From a virus: a stretch of 64,000 nucleotides of DNA. Within the stretch, counting starts at the first letter, position 1. Each line of letters opens with the position of its first letter. The DNA lies in IMG/VR virus record IMGVR_UViG_3300034121_001395. One strand, given 5' to 3'. The translations under genes and the position numbers were made by a program. A model generated the notes under the pieces. The model did no database searches, was not told the origin of the DNA, and was given only the letters and a program-made list of their open reading frames with translations. Positions 21,073-30,927 of the stretch are shown in pieces.

Positions 21073-21860
21073 AATCATTAAACGACATTTTAAACGAATC
21101 ATCTGGTGACGATCTGCTAGGTCGTATGATGGCAGAATATAAGGTATTTGTTTCTACACTAAAATCTTTGGGTTTTGAAAAGGCTCCAATTGGATCTTCG
21201 ACATACAAGCCAGGACCGAATCGTGGAAAGGTAGAAGAACTTTGGGGCATTCCAATGCGCGCTGACAAATGGGCAGACATCTTTTTTGCAGTTATGTATG
21301 ACGATCGTCTTCCATGGCGTATCATTGATCGTGACGGCACTGAAAGCTATGCCAAGTTAAATGATGTCACTAAGGCACTCATGAAGCGTATGCGTACCAT
21401 CAAAGAAGAGCAGTCTGATGAAGAAGTTGATCCAACCGGAGAAGCGCTATCAGAACTAGAAGACATTTGTGAAATGGCAGATGAATTATATGAGACTCTC
21501 TCTGACCTTGATGAAATTGATTCTGAAATGCGCGAAAGTATTACAGCAATCTATTTAGCACTTGATGATCTCTATGAAAATGTAGATAAAAAATATGAAG
21601 TCACAGTTGATGCAGATGAGTATGAAGAAGTAAACGAAGAGGTTGATATGACCCGCTTTAAGCAACTTGCTTCTACTGGACTTGTATCAAGAGAAGAACT
21701 TCCTAAACTCGTACTTGCTATGCGTGCACTTGACGCAGACAAACCGCTGTCAATGTCACAAAAAGATCTTATAAATTCAACATTTCAATCACTTATTGCA
21801 ATTGTAACTGGTGATACAAGCGTACTCTCAAAGGTAAAAAGTAGCATCGCTAACAACTAA
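21069..21860 (+). CDS. acidic late hypothetical protein
   Basis: MKSLNDILNE leader. Confidence 0.65.
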   Translation: MKSLNDILNESSGDDLLGRMMAEYKVFVSTLKSLGFEKAPIGSSTYKPGPNRGKVEELWGIPMRADKWADIFFAVMYDDRLPWRIIDRDGTESYAKLNDVTKALMKRMRTIKEEQSDEEVDPTGEALSELEDICEMADELYETLSDLDEIDSEMRESITAIYLALDDLYENVDKKYEVTVDADEYEEVNEEVDMTRFKQLASTGLVSREELPKLVLAMRALDADKPLSMSQKDLINSTFQSLIAIVTGDTSVLSKVKSSIANN

Positions 21861-22001
21861 TTCTATCTCGCCTTAAAACCCCATTAGCCATCCGTTCCGG
21901 AACTTTCAGGCTATAGTTTTTATCAAGGCATTTTAGGAAGCTTTTATTGAAAGGAATGTATATTATTATACCAATCAAACCCAAAATGTAAATAACAAAA
22001 T

Positions 22002-23264
22002 ATGCCAACTCAATTTTTATCATCTGACCATACACTGACTCGTAAAGCTGCACGTTATGAGGTTGGCATGCTTGCTGATCAGCTTACACCAAGTGGTGCT
22101 TTAACTGATGCATTTGGTCGACTACGCACTTCAACTCCATTCACACTTTTTGACAGTCAACATCGCTATGTTGAGAATGACAAATGGAGTACAGTAACTG
22201 CAAATGGTGGAACGTCAGTACACGTTCCTGTAGAGAGTGTAATGAATATGTCTGTGACGTCAACGACAAACAGCGAAGTTGTTCGTGAGACTCGTCGAGT
22301 GATGGCATATCAGCCAGGCAAAAGTTTGTTGATTATGACAACATTTGCTATGGCAACTCCAGTTGCAAATCTTCGTCAACGCGTCGGTTATTTTAGTACA
22401 ACAAACGGTATATATCTCGAAAATGATGGCGCATACAACTGGATTGTGCTTCGCAGTGCCAGTTTAAACACAGAACTTCGAATTCGTCAAGACGCTTGGA
22501 ATGGTGATAAGTTTGATGGCTCAGGCTATTCTGAAAGAACATTAGACCCGTCAAAAACACAAATATTTTGGATGGACATCGAATGGCTTGGAGTCGGTGA
22601 TGTTCGTTGCGGGTTTGTAGTAAATGGCAAACCAGTACTCGCCCATACATTTCACAATGATAATGTTCGAACAACAACATACATGACGACTGCGTGTTTA
22701 CCACTTCGCTATGAAATTAAAAATCTTGGATCAGCGAGCGGAACGATGAAGCAGATATGTTCTACTGTGCTATCAGAAGGTGGCTATGAAGAAATTACAA
22801 AACAATGGGCAGCAACACGAACAACTGCTATTGCATCGGTATCAGTTGCCACAGGTTGGGCCCCGGTAGTAAGTATACAATTAGCAAGTGGTCGTACAGA
22901 TGGCATTGTTATTCCTGCGCAGATACACATAGTTGGTACAGGAAATGGAATTATATATGAATTTGCTCTTATAAGAAATGCAACAATTTCAAGTGGACAA
23001 TGGGTGACACACTCTTCTAGCGGTGGAGGTGTTGAATATAACGTTACATCGACATCAATGTCTGGTGGTGCAGTAGAAGATAGTGGTATATTTGCAAGTT
23101 CAAACCAATCAAATGCTCTCATCAATATTGAAATTGCACGCCGCTTTGAACAGCAACTCGGGCGAGATCAGTCAGGAACTTCTGATACTATTACTCTTGC
23201 TGCACGTCATCTAGCTGGAAGTGGCTCCGTTTATGGTACACTCAACTGGAACAGCGTAGTATGA
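22002..23264 (+). CDS. beta-rich virion structural protein
   Basis: DAFGRLRTSTPFTLFD, YQPGKS, WLGVG, LPLRYEI; Ser/Thr/Gly rich. Confidence 0.65.
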   Translation: MPTQFLSSDHTLTRKAARYEVGMLADQLTPSGALTDAFGRLRTSTPFTLFDSQHRYVENDKWSTVTANGGTSVHVPVESVMNMSVTSTTNSEVVRETRRVMAYQPGKSLLIMTTFAMATPVANLRQRVGYFSTTNGIYLENDGAYNWIVLRSASLNTELRIRQDAWNGDKFDGSGYSERTLDPSKTQIFWMDIEWLGVGDVRCGFVVNGKPVLAHTFHNDNVRTTTYMTTACLPLRYEIKNLGSASGTMKQICSTVLSEGGYEEITKQWAATRTTAIASVSVATGWAPVVSIQLASGRTDGIVIPAQIHIVGTGNGIIYEFALIRNATISSGQWVTHSSSGGGVEYNVTSTSMSGGAVEDSGIFASSNQSNALINIEIARRFEQQLGRDQSGTSDTITLAARHLAGSGSVYGTLNWNSVV

Positions 23265-23575
23265 TGACCTTTAAAGACTATTTCTATGAAGCCGCTGAGT
23301 ATGACGGTCAGAGCGTGACTCTCAACAAGCCATGGCGTAGCGACGATGAAAAACATAAGTTTTATGTCTATGTGCGTAATGAAAAGGGCAACGTCATAAA
23401 ACTTGGATTTGGTGATCCAAAGGCAGAGATTAAACGAGATGATCCAGAGCGTCTAAAAAGTTTTAGAGCTCGCCATCAGTGTGATACAGATCCGGGTCCA
23501 AAGTGGAAGGCTCGTTATTGGAGTTGTAAGTTTTGGGAAAAAGGGAAGACTGTAACTGATTTATTGTCGAAGTAA
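23261..23575 (+). CDS. conserved T4-like hypothetical protein
   Basis: AEYDG...LNKP...FGD...SFRARHQC...ARYWSC. Confidence 0.75.
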   Translation: MMTFKDYFYEAAEYDGQSVTLNKPWRSDDEKHKFYVYVRNEKGNVIKLGFGDPKAEIKRDDPERLKSFRARHQCDTDPGPKWKARYWSCKFWEKGKTVTDLLSK

Positions 23576-23595
23576 ACGACGATATAAATTATAAT

Positions 23596-23964
23596 ATGCA
23601 GTTGGTAAATGAGTTAACGGATAAAAATTTTTTAGTCTACGCGGCTAAACATTATAACAATCCACACTGTCTAGATATAAAAGAGTTTCACGCTGATCTT
23701 GCTCATCTGAAGTATATCAAAAAACTCTTTAAAAAATATCAAGATAAAAGTATACTTCAAGAGAGGCTAATCTTAAACCATCTCATTATACTTCACAATA
23801 TGTTTTATACTGAAGCTGCAACTCGTATGTGTTTTAATCGAGTAAACGAACACAGTTGGCCAGCACTTAAGACATTTTTGCTTTATCTAAACTATATTCC
23901 AGAAGGCGAATATATAAATATACCTATTGATCTATACGTAGCTCGAACACTTCAAAGAATTTAA
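23596..23964 (+). CDS. conserved T4-like hypothetical protein
   Basis: YAAKHYNNP...ERLILNHLII. Confidence 0.75.
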   Translation: MQLVNELTDKNFLVYAAKHYNNPHCLDIKEFHADLAHLKYIKKLFKKYQDKSILQERLILNHLIILHNMFYTEAATRMCFNRVNEHSWPALKTFLLYLNYIPEGEYINIPIDLYVARTLQRI

Positions 23965-23968
23965 AACT

Positions 23969-24553
23969 ATGGGACTCCTAACACGCACTACAGACACTGT
24001 TTACGCATTTAGATTTTTACGCTTACTCACTACTCCATGGACGAAAACAGGAGCCTATAAGATGGGACTTATAGATGCAAATGGCAACGTAATAAGAAAG
24101 CCAGAGACAAGTGAAGAAAAAAGTAAGTATAATATTTTTCATAAATTGGTCTTTAACGTTAAACGTATGCTTAATGTAATTCCATTTGGCAAGACTACAA
24201 TTGCTTCGTATCTTGCGGCGCTCTATCTCATAAAAGAAAAAACTGGAGTTTCTGATCGAGCACTTGCTAAGGTTATCAAAGAGGCCACTGGGTGCGATCC
24301 ACGTGCGCTTCATCTTGAAGAGTCTTTTTGGTATCTCAATGAAGACAACACTCTTCGTCATGGAACATACAAATTAACGCGTAACCTACCATTACAACTA
24401 ACTGGAGACATATTGGCTCTCAAGAATACAACAATATCAATAGCAGAAAATTCATGCCCGGTTGGAAATATTTTTGGCGTAAATGTGTATGACGCCGTGC
24501 ATTGTAAGACTGGACAAAAAGTATTAATAACTCAACACGATATTAAGCAATGA
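23969..24553 (+). CDS. conserved T4-like hypothetical protein
   Basis: FRFLRLLTTPW...GLIDANG...SYLAALYLIKE. Confidence 0.75.
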   Translation: MGLLTRTTDTVYAFRFLRLLTTPWTKTGAYKMGLIDANGNVIRKPETSEEKSKYNIFHKLVFNVKRMLNVIPFGKTTIASYLAALYLIKEKTGVSDRALAKVIKEATGCDPRALHLEESFWYLNEDNTLRHGTYKLTRNLPLQLTGDILALKNTTISIAENSCPVGNIFGVNVYDAVHCKTGQKVLITQHDIKQ

Positions 24554-24837
24554 AAAACGAAGAAGTAGTTACTGGAGACGTTGCAATGCCACCTTCTGAC
24601 TATCCTAAAAGTGGAGCAACATGGAGACTTTTTAATGTACCAACTGACATCTTTAGACGGTTTGAAACCGGGCGAAATAAGTTTGAACGCTGGTGTAAAT
24701 ATCTAGATATGGCAGATGAGGAGCAGCAAGCTTTATACAATTATGCTAAGAAAAATAGCAAGCATACAATTGTACTACGTGATTCTGTTAGTGGCGCTCT
24801 TCGTAGCATACGCAGACGTGCCATGAATGAATCATGA
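24550..24837 (+). CDS. conserved T4-like hypothetical protein
   Basis: coupled ORF in conserved gene block. Confidence 0.65.
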   Translation: MKNEEVVTGDVAMPPSDYPKSGATWRLFNVPTDIFRRFETGRNKFERWCKYLDMADEEQQALYNYAKKNSKHTIVLRDSVSGALRSIRRRAMNES

Positions 24838-24915
24838 GACGTGTAAAAAATTATTTACAACTCGCCTTTTTCTGTTTATAATAAACATCTGCTACACAGC
24901 GTAACATTTTCCAAC

Positions 24916-25908
24916 ATGAACGACAATAATACACACAGCATCTTCGAAGAACAAATTAGCCGCAAACCAAACCACTATCCATGGACAGAGCAGTTTATTG
25001 AGGCCATGCACAATGGATTTTGGACAGACAAAGAGTTTAGTTTTAAATCTGATGTGCAGCAATTTAAGGTTGATTTAAATGATCAAGAACGCGAGATTAT
25101 TGTGCGTACACTTTCAGCAGTTGGACAAATTGAAGTTGCAGTAAAAACTTTTTGGGCCAAACTGGGAGAAAACCTGCCGCATCCTAGTCTTCAAGATCTA
25201 GGCTATGTTATGGCAAACATTGAAGTTATTCATAATAGTGCCTATGAGCGTCTACTTAGTGTGCTTGAACTAGAAGATATTTTTGAAGAGAATCTTAAAC
25301 TTGAATGGATACAAGGTCGTGTTAAATATCTTCGTAAGTATACTCACAAGTTTTATAAAGATTCTAAAAAACAATATCTCTATGCTTTGATTCTTTTCAC
25401 TCTTTTTGTTGAAAATGTTTCGTTATTTTCTCAGTTTTATATTATTAACTGGTTCGCTCGTTTTAAAAATGTACTTAAAGACACAGATCAGCAAGTAAAG
25501 TATACTCGCAATGAAGAAAACATTCATGCTCTTGTTGGTATAAAGATTATCAACACAATTCGTGAAGAGCATCCTGAACTATTTGACAATGAGCTTGAGG
25601 CACGCATCGCGCATGAAGCTGAAGAGGCATACAAGTCTGAAGCTAAGATTGTTGACTGGATGATCAATGGCATAAATGAACCTGGGCTATCAGCACCAAT
25701 TCTTAAAGAGTTTATTAAAAATCGTATCAATGAATCCCTTGCTCAAATCAGTTTTAAACCAGTATTTGAAGTGGATAGAGAGTTGCTTGAGTCTACAATG
25801 TGGTTTGAAGAAGAACTACTTGGCAACAATATGGCGGATTTTTTTCACACCCGCCCGACTGAATATTCAAAGAAAAATCAAAGCTTTAGCGAAGACGACC
25901 TGTTTTGA
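24916..25908 (+). CDS. nrdB: ribonucleotide reductase class I beta subunit
   Basis: EVIHNSAY, ENVSLFSQF, EENIH metal ligands. Confidence 0.95.
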   Translation: MNDNNTHSIFEEQISRKPNHYPWTEQFIEAMHNGFWTDKEFSFKSDVQQFKVDLNDQEREIIVRTLSAVGQIEVAVKTFWAKLGENLPHPSLQDLGYVMANIEVIHNSAYERLLSVLELEDIFEENLKLEWIQGRVKYLRKYTHKFYKDSKKQYLYALILFTLFVENVSLFSQFYIINWFARFKNVLKDTDQQVKYTRNEENIHALVGIKIINTIREEHPELFDNELEARIAHEAEEAYKSEAKIVDWMINGINEPGLSAPILKEFIKNRINESLAQISFKPVFEVDRELLESTMWFEEELLGNNMADFFHTRPTEYSKKNQSFSEDDLF

Positions 25909-25929
25909 TGTGATATATAGATCTATATT

Positions 25930-27588
25930 ATGAGTGATAAAATATATTGGTTAAATAAAGATAGTAGAAAATTTTTAGAGAGAGGATATCTCTTAGAGGG
26001 AGAAACTCCAGAACAGAGAATACAGGACATTGGCGACAGGGCACAAGCACTGTTAGATGATATGCCTGGGTTTTCAAACAAGTTTGTAGACTATATGTCA
26101 AGAGGTTTCTATTCTCTTGCTTCTCCAATCTGGTCAAACTTTGGCCGTAAACGCGGGCTGCCAATTTCATGCTTTGGTAGCTATATACCTGATGACATGA
26201 ATGGAATCCTCTCAAAGGTCGGCGAGATTGGTACAATGTCAAAAGTCGGCGGAGGAACGTCTGCATATTTTGGAGACGTACGTGGTCGAGGAGCACCAAT
26301 ATCTTCTGGCGGTGCTGCTACAGGTGTGCATCATCAGCTTACAGTTTTTGATTCGCTTATCAACTATGTCTCTCAGGGCAATGTACGACGTGGTTCTTTT
26401 GCGGCCTATTTGCCTATTGATCATCCTGATATTGAAGAGTTTCTCAAGATTCGGTCTGAAGGTAATGCTATTCAAGACTTGTCTATAGGTGTGTGTGTAT
26501 CAGATGAGTGGATGAAGAGCATGATTGGTGGTGACAAAGATAAACGTAAAGTTTGGAGCACAGTCATTAAAAAACGATTTGAGTCTGGTTATCCTTATAT
26601 CTTTTTCTCTGATAATGTAAACAACGGCGCACCTCAGATGTATAAGGACAAGGGTCTTAAGATACATGCAAGTAACCTTTGTACAGAAATCTTTTTGTCT
26701 ACATCAGAAGATGAAAGTTTCGTGTGTGACCTCTCTTCACTTAATCTTGAAAAGTGGGACGAGATTGCAGAAACAGATGCAGTAGAGACGCTTGTATATT
26801 TCTTGGATGCAGTCATGTCTGAGTTTATTTTGAAGACTGGAAATCCTGGCAATGAATTTATGAGAGCGCCTCGTAAGTTTGCTATCAATCAGCGTGCACT
26901 CGGTGTAGGTGTACTTGGTTGGCATTCATTATTGCAGTCAAAGATGGTGCCATTCGAGTCGATGGAAGCAAAGATGATGAACAATCAAATTTGGAGTACT
27001 ATCCGTGCCAAGGCAGACTCTGCTACCTCCCAACTTGCAAAACTTTTTGGCGAGCCATTTATGCTGGAAGGTTATGGTCGACGCAACTCTACTACGCTTG
27101 CAATTGCTCCTACTACGAGTAGTTCTTTTATTCTTGGACAGGTATCACCAAGTATTGAGCCACTAAACAGCAATTATTTTGTTAAGGATCTTGCTAAGGG
27201 CAAGTTTACCTATCGCAATCCATATCTTGAAAAGTTGCTCAAAGAAAAAGGCAAAAATGATCAAGAAACATGGAAGGATGTTCTTACTCATGGTGGTTCT
27301 GTACAACATCTAGACTTTCTTTCTACAGAAGAAAAAGATGTATTTAAAACCTTTGGTGAAATCTCTCAAAAAGAGATTGTCATTCAAGCAGCACAACGTC
27401 AAAAGTATATTGATCAAGGTCAATCACTCAACTTGATGATTGCACCTACTGCAAAGCCAAAAGAAGTCAACGAGCTTCTTATCTTTGCTTGGGAACAAGG
27501 AGTCAAGTCATTGTATTATCAACGTAGTGCAAATCCAGCACAGGAACTTGCACGTTCAATCTTAACCTGTAGCACATGTGAAGGGTAA
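25930..27588 (+). CDS. nrdA: ribonucleotide reductase class I alpha subunit (short, no ATP cone)
   Basis: PISCF, SNLCTEI, APTTSSS, KSLYY, C-terminal CSTCEG. Confidence 0.95.
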   Translation: MSDKIYWLNKDSRKFLERGYLLEGETPEQRIQDIGDRAQALLDDMPGFSNKFVDYMSRGFYSLASPIWSNFGRKRGLPISCFGSYIPDDMNGILSKVGEIGTMSKVGGGTSAYFGDVRGRGAPISSGGAATGVHHQLTVFDSLINYVSQGNVRRGSFAAYLPIDHPDIEEFLKIRSEGNAIQDLSIGVCVSDEWMKSMIGGDKDKRKVWSTVIKKRFESGYPYIFFSDNVNNGAPQMYKDKGLKIHASNLCTEIFLSTSEDESFVCDLSSLNLEKWDEIAETDAVETLVYFLDAVMSEFILKTGNPGNEFMRAPRKFAINQRALGVGVLGWHSLLQSKMVPFESMEAKMMNNQIWSTIRAKADSATSQLAKLFGEPFMLEGYGRRNSTTLAIAPTTSSSFILGQVSPSIEPLNSNYFVKDLAKGKFTYRNPYLEKLLKEKGKNDQETWKDVLTHGGSVQHLDFLSTEEKDVFKTFGEISQKEIVIQAAQRQKYIDQGQSLNLMIAPTAKPKEVNELLIFAWEQGVKSLYYQRSANPAQELARSILTCSTCEG

Positions 27589-27772
27589 AGACTATATAAA
27601 ACTGTCTCCATTTTGGTATGCACTTGGTATGTTTGTAGTAGTACCATTTGCAGCAATACTTATGATAGTGTCTGCTCTTTTAATGCTGGCATTTTGGCCA
27701 TTGGTTCCATTTGTCGCATATTTTGAAAGAAAGAACGACCCCGTTATTGATGATATAAATAACAGAAAATAA
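27578..27772 (+). CDS. small membrane protein
   Basis: long hydrophobic segment. Confidence 0.5.
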   Translation: MKGKDYIKLSPFWYALGMFVVVPFAAILMIVSALLMLAFWPLVPFVAYFERKNDPVIDDINNRK

Positions 27773-27791
27773 TTTAAATATATTAAATATA

Positions 27792-27992
27792 ATGATAGAA
27801 AACAATCGATGCCCTAAATGCAAATATGTCTACGAAGTCTCTTGGGATGATGAGGACGATAAATACTATTGCGATGACGAAGAAGATTTTGAAGATCTAG
27901 AACGTGAAGAACTCTACCCAGAATATTGCCCTTTCTGTGGAACCTATCGTATCTATGGAACAGAAGACGATTCTCGCGATGACGAAATTTAA
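27792..27992 (+). CDS. acidic zinc-ribbon protein
   Basis: CPKC...CPFCG. Confidence 0.65.
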   Translation: MIENNRCPKCKYVYEVSWDDEDDKYYCDDEEDFEDLEREELYPEYCPFCGTYRIYGTEDDSRDDEI

Positions 27993-28002
27993 TATATAAT
28001 TT

Positions 28003-28434
28003 ATGACATGGCTATATAATGAACTTCCTTTTACTCGCGAACTTGCTCAAGAGAAAATTGATGAAGGTTATATTGGGTTTGTCTATGAAATAACTGATAG
28101 TCTAAATGGCAAAAAATATATTGGCAAAAAACTGTTGTCTAGTGTAAAAAAACTTGCTCCACTAAAAGGCAAAACCCGCAAAAGAAAAAAGTGTGTGCAG
28201 TCTGATTGGGAGAAATACTATGGCAGCAGTGAAACTGTAAAGGCTTTAGTCGAATCACGACAATCAGATTTTATTCGTCGAATCATATATCTCTGCAAAT
28301 CTAAAGGTGAATTGTCTTATATGGAAGCAAAGGAACAGTTTGACAAAGAGGTGCTGCTTACAGATGATTTTTATAATGAATTTATTGGAGTAAAAATCCA
28401 CAGCGCCCATGTAAAAAGTTTATGGAAAAAGTAG
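28003..28434 (+). CDS. short GIY-YIG family nuclease
   Basis: GFVY...KYIGKK, SDWEKYYGSS, FYN. Confidence 0.8.
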   Translation: MTWLYNELPFTRELAQEKIDEGYIGFVYEITDSLNGKKYIGKKLLSSVKKLAPLKGKTRKRKKCVQSDWEKYYGSSETVKALVESRQSDFIRRIIYLCKSKGELSYMEAKEQFDKEVLLTDDFYNEFIGVKIHSAHVKSLWKK

Positions 28435-28469
28435 TGTACATTTGAGTCACATTAGTGTATAATTATATC

Positions 28470-29339
28470 ATGTTACTAATCGACTATTCTGGAATTGCAA
28501 TCTCTGCTATATTTTCTCAATCGCGCCCTGGGAAAATTACAGAGGACTTTATGCGACATATTATCTTAAATTCGCTGAGAATGTATAATCTCAAGTATAG
28601 AGAAAAGTATGGACGTATGATTATCGCATGTGATGGCGGCAGTTGGCGTAAAGATTATTATCCGCAATACAAAGCTGGACGCAAGAAGAGTCGTGAGGCG
28701 TCTGATCTTGACTGGAAAGAAATTTTTGCTATCATAAACAAGATACGTGATGAAATAGTTGAGCATATGCCATATCCAGTAGTAGTTGTACAAGGCGCAG
28801 AAGCTGACGATGTTATTGGCACACTCGTTGAATCTACTCAAGAGTTTGGTCAGCATGAACCTGTAATGATTATCAGCGCAGACAAAGATTTTATTCAACT
28901 TCAAAAGTATGATAATGTCTCTCAGTACAGCCCTATGACTAAGAAGATGTTGAGTGATAAAAACCCGGCTAATTATCTCTATGAGCATATCTTTCGTGGT
29001 GACAGCGGTGATGGCATTCCAAATGTCTTGTCATCTGATACTGTATTTGTTGATGGCGGTCGTCAAACACCACTCAGTTCAACTAAAATGACAGCATGGA
29101 TCGCTGCTGCAAATGAAGGTAAACTACAAAGTGTTCTTCCAGAAACAGTCTATCGCAACTATATTCGTAATAGCACAATAATTGATCTTAGCAAAACACC
29201 AGAAAATGTAAAAGCTTCAATTCTATCTGCATATTCCGAGTGTGCTTCTGTCGGAAACTCTAAAATACTTAACTATCTTATCTCTAAGCGTTGCAACATG
29301 TTAGTATCATGTGCTGAAGAATTTTTTACACATAAATAA
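28470..29339 (+). CDS. rnh: T4-type RNase H / 5'-3' exonuclease
   Basis: EADDVIG, SADKDFIQL, GDSGDGIPN. Confidence 0.92.
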   Translation: MLLIDYSGIAISAIFSQSRPGKITEDFMRHIILNSLRMYNLKYREKYGRMIIACDGGSWRKDYYPQYKAGRKKSREASDLDWKEIFAIINKIRDEIVEHMPYPVVVVQGAEADDVIGTLVESTQEFGQHEPVMIISADKDFIQLQKYDNVSQYSPMTKKMLSDKNPANYLYEHIFRGDSGDGIPNVLSSDTVFVDGGRQTPLSSTKMTAWIAAANEGKLQSVLPETVYRNYIRNSTIIDLSKTPENVKASILSAYSECASVGNSKILNYLISKRCNMLVSCAEEFFTHK

Positions 29340-29350
29340 AACCATACATT

Positions 29351-29803
29351 ATGAGACCACAAACTGCATCAAACAACAGAACGAAACATCCGTTTGAAAT
29401 TTTTGAAAGCATACAGGCGACAGACAAAGTCGCTGATCGAGTGCACATACTTCAAGAAAATGAATCTTATGAATTAAAGACTATACTTCAGGCAGCATTT
29501 CGTCCTGATATAAAATTTGATTTACCGGTAGGTGCTCCTCCATATACGCCTAGCCCAAACCCAGCAGGAGTAAATTTTTCTCCGCTAAGAAAACAGATTG
29601 ATACCCTACCTCGCCTTTTAGTTGGTAATACTACATATGACAAGATTAAAAAAGAGATGGCCTTTATCAAACTATTAGAAAATGTTCATGCATCTGATGC
29701 AGAAATTTTAATTGCAATGAAAGATAAAAAACTACATAAAAAATATAGTCTACTTACGTCTTCACTCATTAAAAAGGCCTTTCCAAATCTTGGCATAGAA
29801 TAA
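29351..29803 (+). CDS. conserved T4-like hypothetical protein
   Basis: FDLPVGAPPY...FIKLLENVH..DAEILIAMKDK. Confidence 0.75.
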   Translation: MRPQTASNNRTKHPFEIFESIQATDKVADRVHILQENESYELKTILQAAFRPDIKFDLPVGAPPYTPSPNPAGVNFSPLRKQIDTLPRLLVGNTTYDKIKKEMAFIKLLENVHASDAEILIAMKDKKLHKKYSLLTSSLIKKAFPNLGIE

Positions 29804-29804
29804 T

Positions 29805-30062
29805 ATGAGATACGACTACTATTGTATAGAATGCGACGCCCGCTGGGAAGAAACTCAGTTCATGAATGATCGGGACCTCCCGACTATATTACCATGTCCG
29901 CATTGCGATAAGACCGAGTGTGTTAAGCGAGGAGTAGTTTCCTTAGCGATATCATATGCAGGCGGTCAGACTGTCCTTCAACGAGCAGGTTCTGGTTGGA
30001 ATGACGTATTAAACAAAGTAAAAAAAGCAAGTGGAAGAAAAGCAAATATAGAAACCCGTTAA
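29805..30062 (+). CDS. FmdB-like zinc-ribbon protein
   Basis: YDYYCIEC...CPHC. Confidence 0.75.
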   Translation: MRYDYYCIECDARWEETQFMNDRDLPTILPCPHCDKTECVKRGVVSLAISYAGGQTVLQRAGSGWNDVLNKVKKASGRKANIETR

Positions 30063-30064
30063 AT

Positions 30065-30232
30065 ATGGGACGCAGCAGAAAAAACAAAGACAAAAAAAGA
30101 CAAGACACCTATTATGATGATAGTTATGATGAACGATCACGTAATAAAAAATTTAAGAAAAATCGATTTAACGACAATAGAAGAGACAAAGAAATACAAC
30201 AAAAATTATTTGTTGATTGGGATAAACTCTGA
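30065..30232 (+). CDS. small charged hypothetical protein
   Basis: MGRSRKNKDKKRQ...DWDKL, read by hand; fills the intergenic gap. Confidence 0.5.
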   Translation: MGRSRKNKDKKRQDTYYDDSYDERSRNKKFKKNRFNDNRRDKEIQQKLFVDWDKL

Positions 30233-30927
30233 TGACTCGAAAAAAGTTTACACACACACCTCTAGATCTTGGCTATAGTGATCTAGAAGCAAACACTACC
30301 ACTTCTGGTCGTTTTTATATGACGCCTAATGGTAAAGCCTATCCTAGTATTACTACTGTATTAGGCATTCGTAACAAAGGTGCACTTCAAGAATGGAGAG
30401 CACGAGTTGGCGAAGTTGAAGCAGCACGTGTAGCCCGACATGCAAGTACGCGAGGCACAGCTTTACATGCAGCCGTTGAACGATATATTGATAACATTGA
30501 TTCATATTTTGCTGAAGGAGAGATGCCTCATGTAAAAGATATGTTTAACTCTATCAAGCCTGTCTTGGATGACCGAATCGATAACGTATGTCTTCAAGAG
30601 GCTCCACTCTACTCAGATCATCTTGGACTCGCTGGACGAGTTGACCTCATCGCAGAATTTGATGGTCGGCTGAGCATAATCGATTTTAAGACAAGTTCTC
30701 GAGCTAAAACTGAAGATGAGATTGACAGTTATTTTATACAAATGGCAGCATATGCTATTATGTGTGAAGAGCGTACAGGCACACCAGTAAGTCAAGGAGT
30801 AATCGTTATGGCTGTAGAAAACAGTTCACAACCGCTGGTTTTTGTGCAAAAACGAGATGGTTGGACAGATGAACTTTTTAAAACTATAAATGAATATAAT
30901 ACCAAAAAACTATTTGGACATGCATAA
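30232..30927 (+). CDS. PD-(D/E)xK exonuclease
   Basis: YPSITTVL, RGTALH, AGRVDLIA, IIDFKTS, Q..AY. Confidence 0.85.
   Translation: MTRKKFTHTPLDLGYSDLEANTTTSGRFYMTPNGKAYPSITTVLGIRNKGALQEWRARVGEVEAARVARHASTRGTALHAAVERYIDNIDSYFAEGEMPHVKDMFNSIKPVLDDRIDNVCLQEAPLYSDHLGLAGRVDLIAEFDGRLSIIDFKTSSRAKTEDEIDSYFIQMAAYAIMCEERTGTPVSQGVIVMAVENSSQPLVFVQKRDGWTDELFKTINEYNTKKLFGHA

Noticed and set aside
24916-27588. Introns or inteins in nrdA/nrdB
   Set aside because: Both ORFs are continuous and compact.
30232-30927. Cas4 indicating a CRISPR system
   Set aside because: No Fe-S cysteine cluster; ordinary T4-like PD-(D/E)xK exonuclease.
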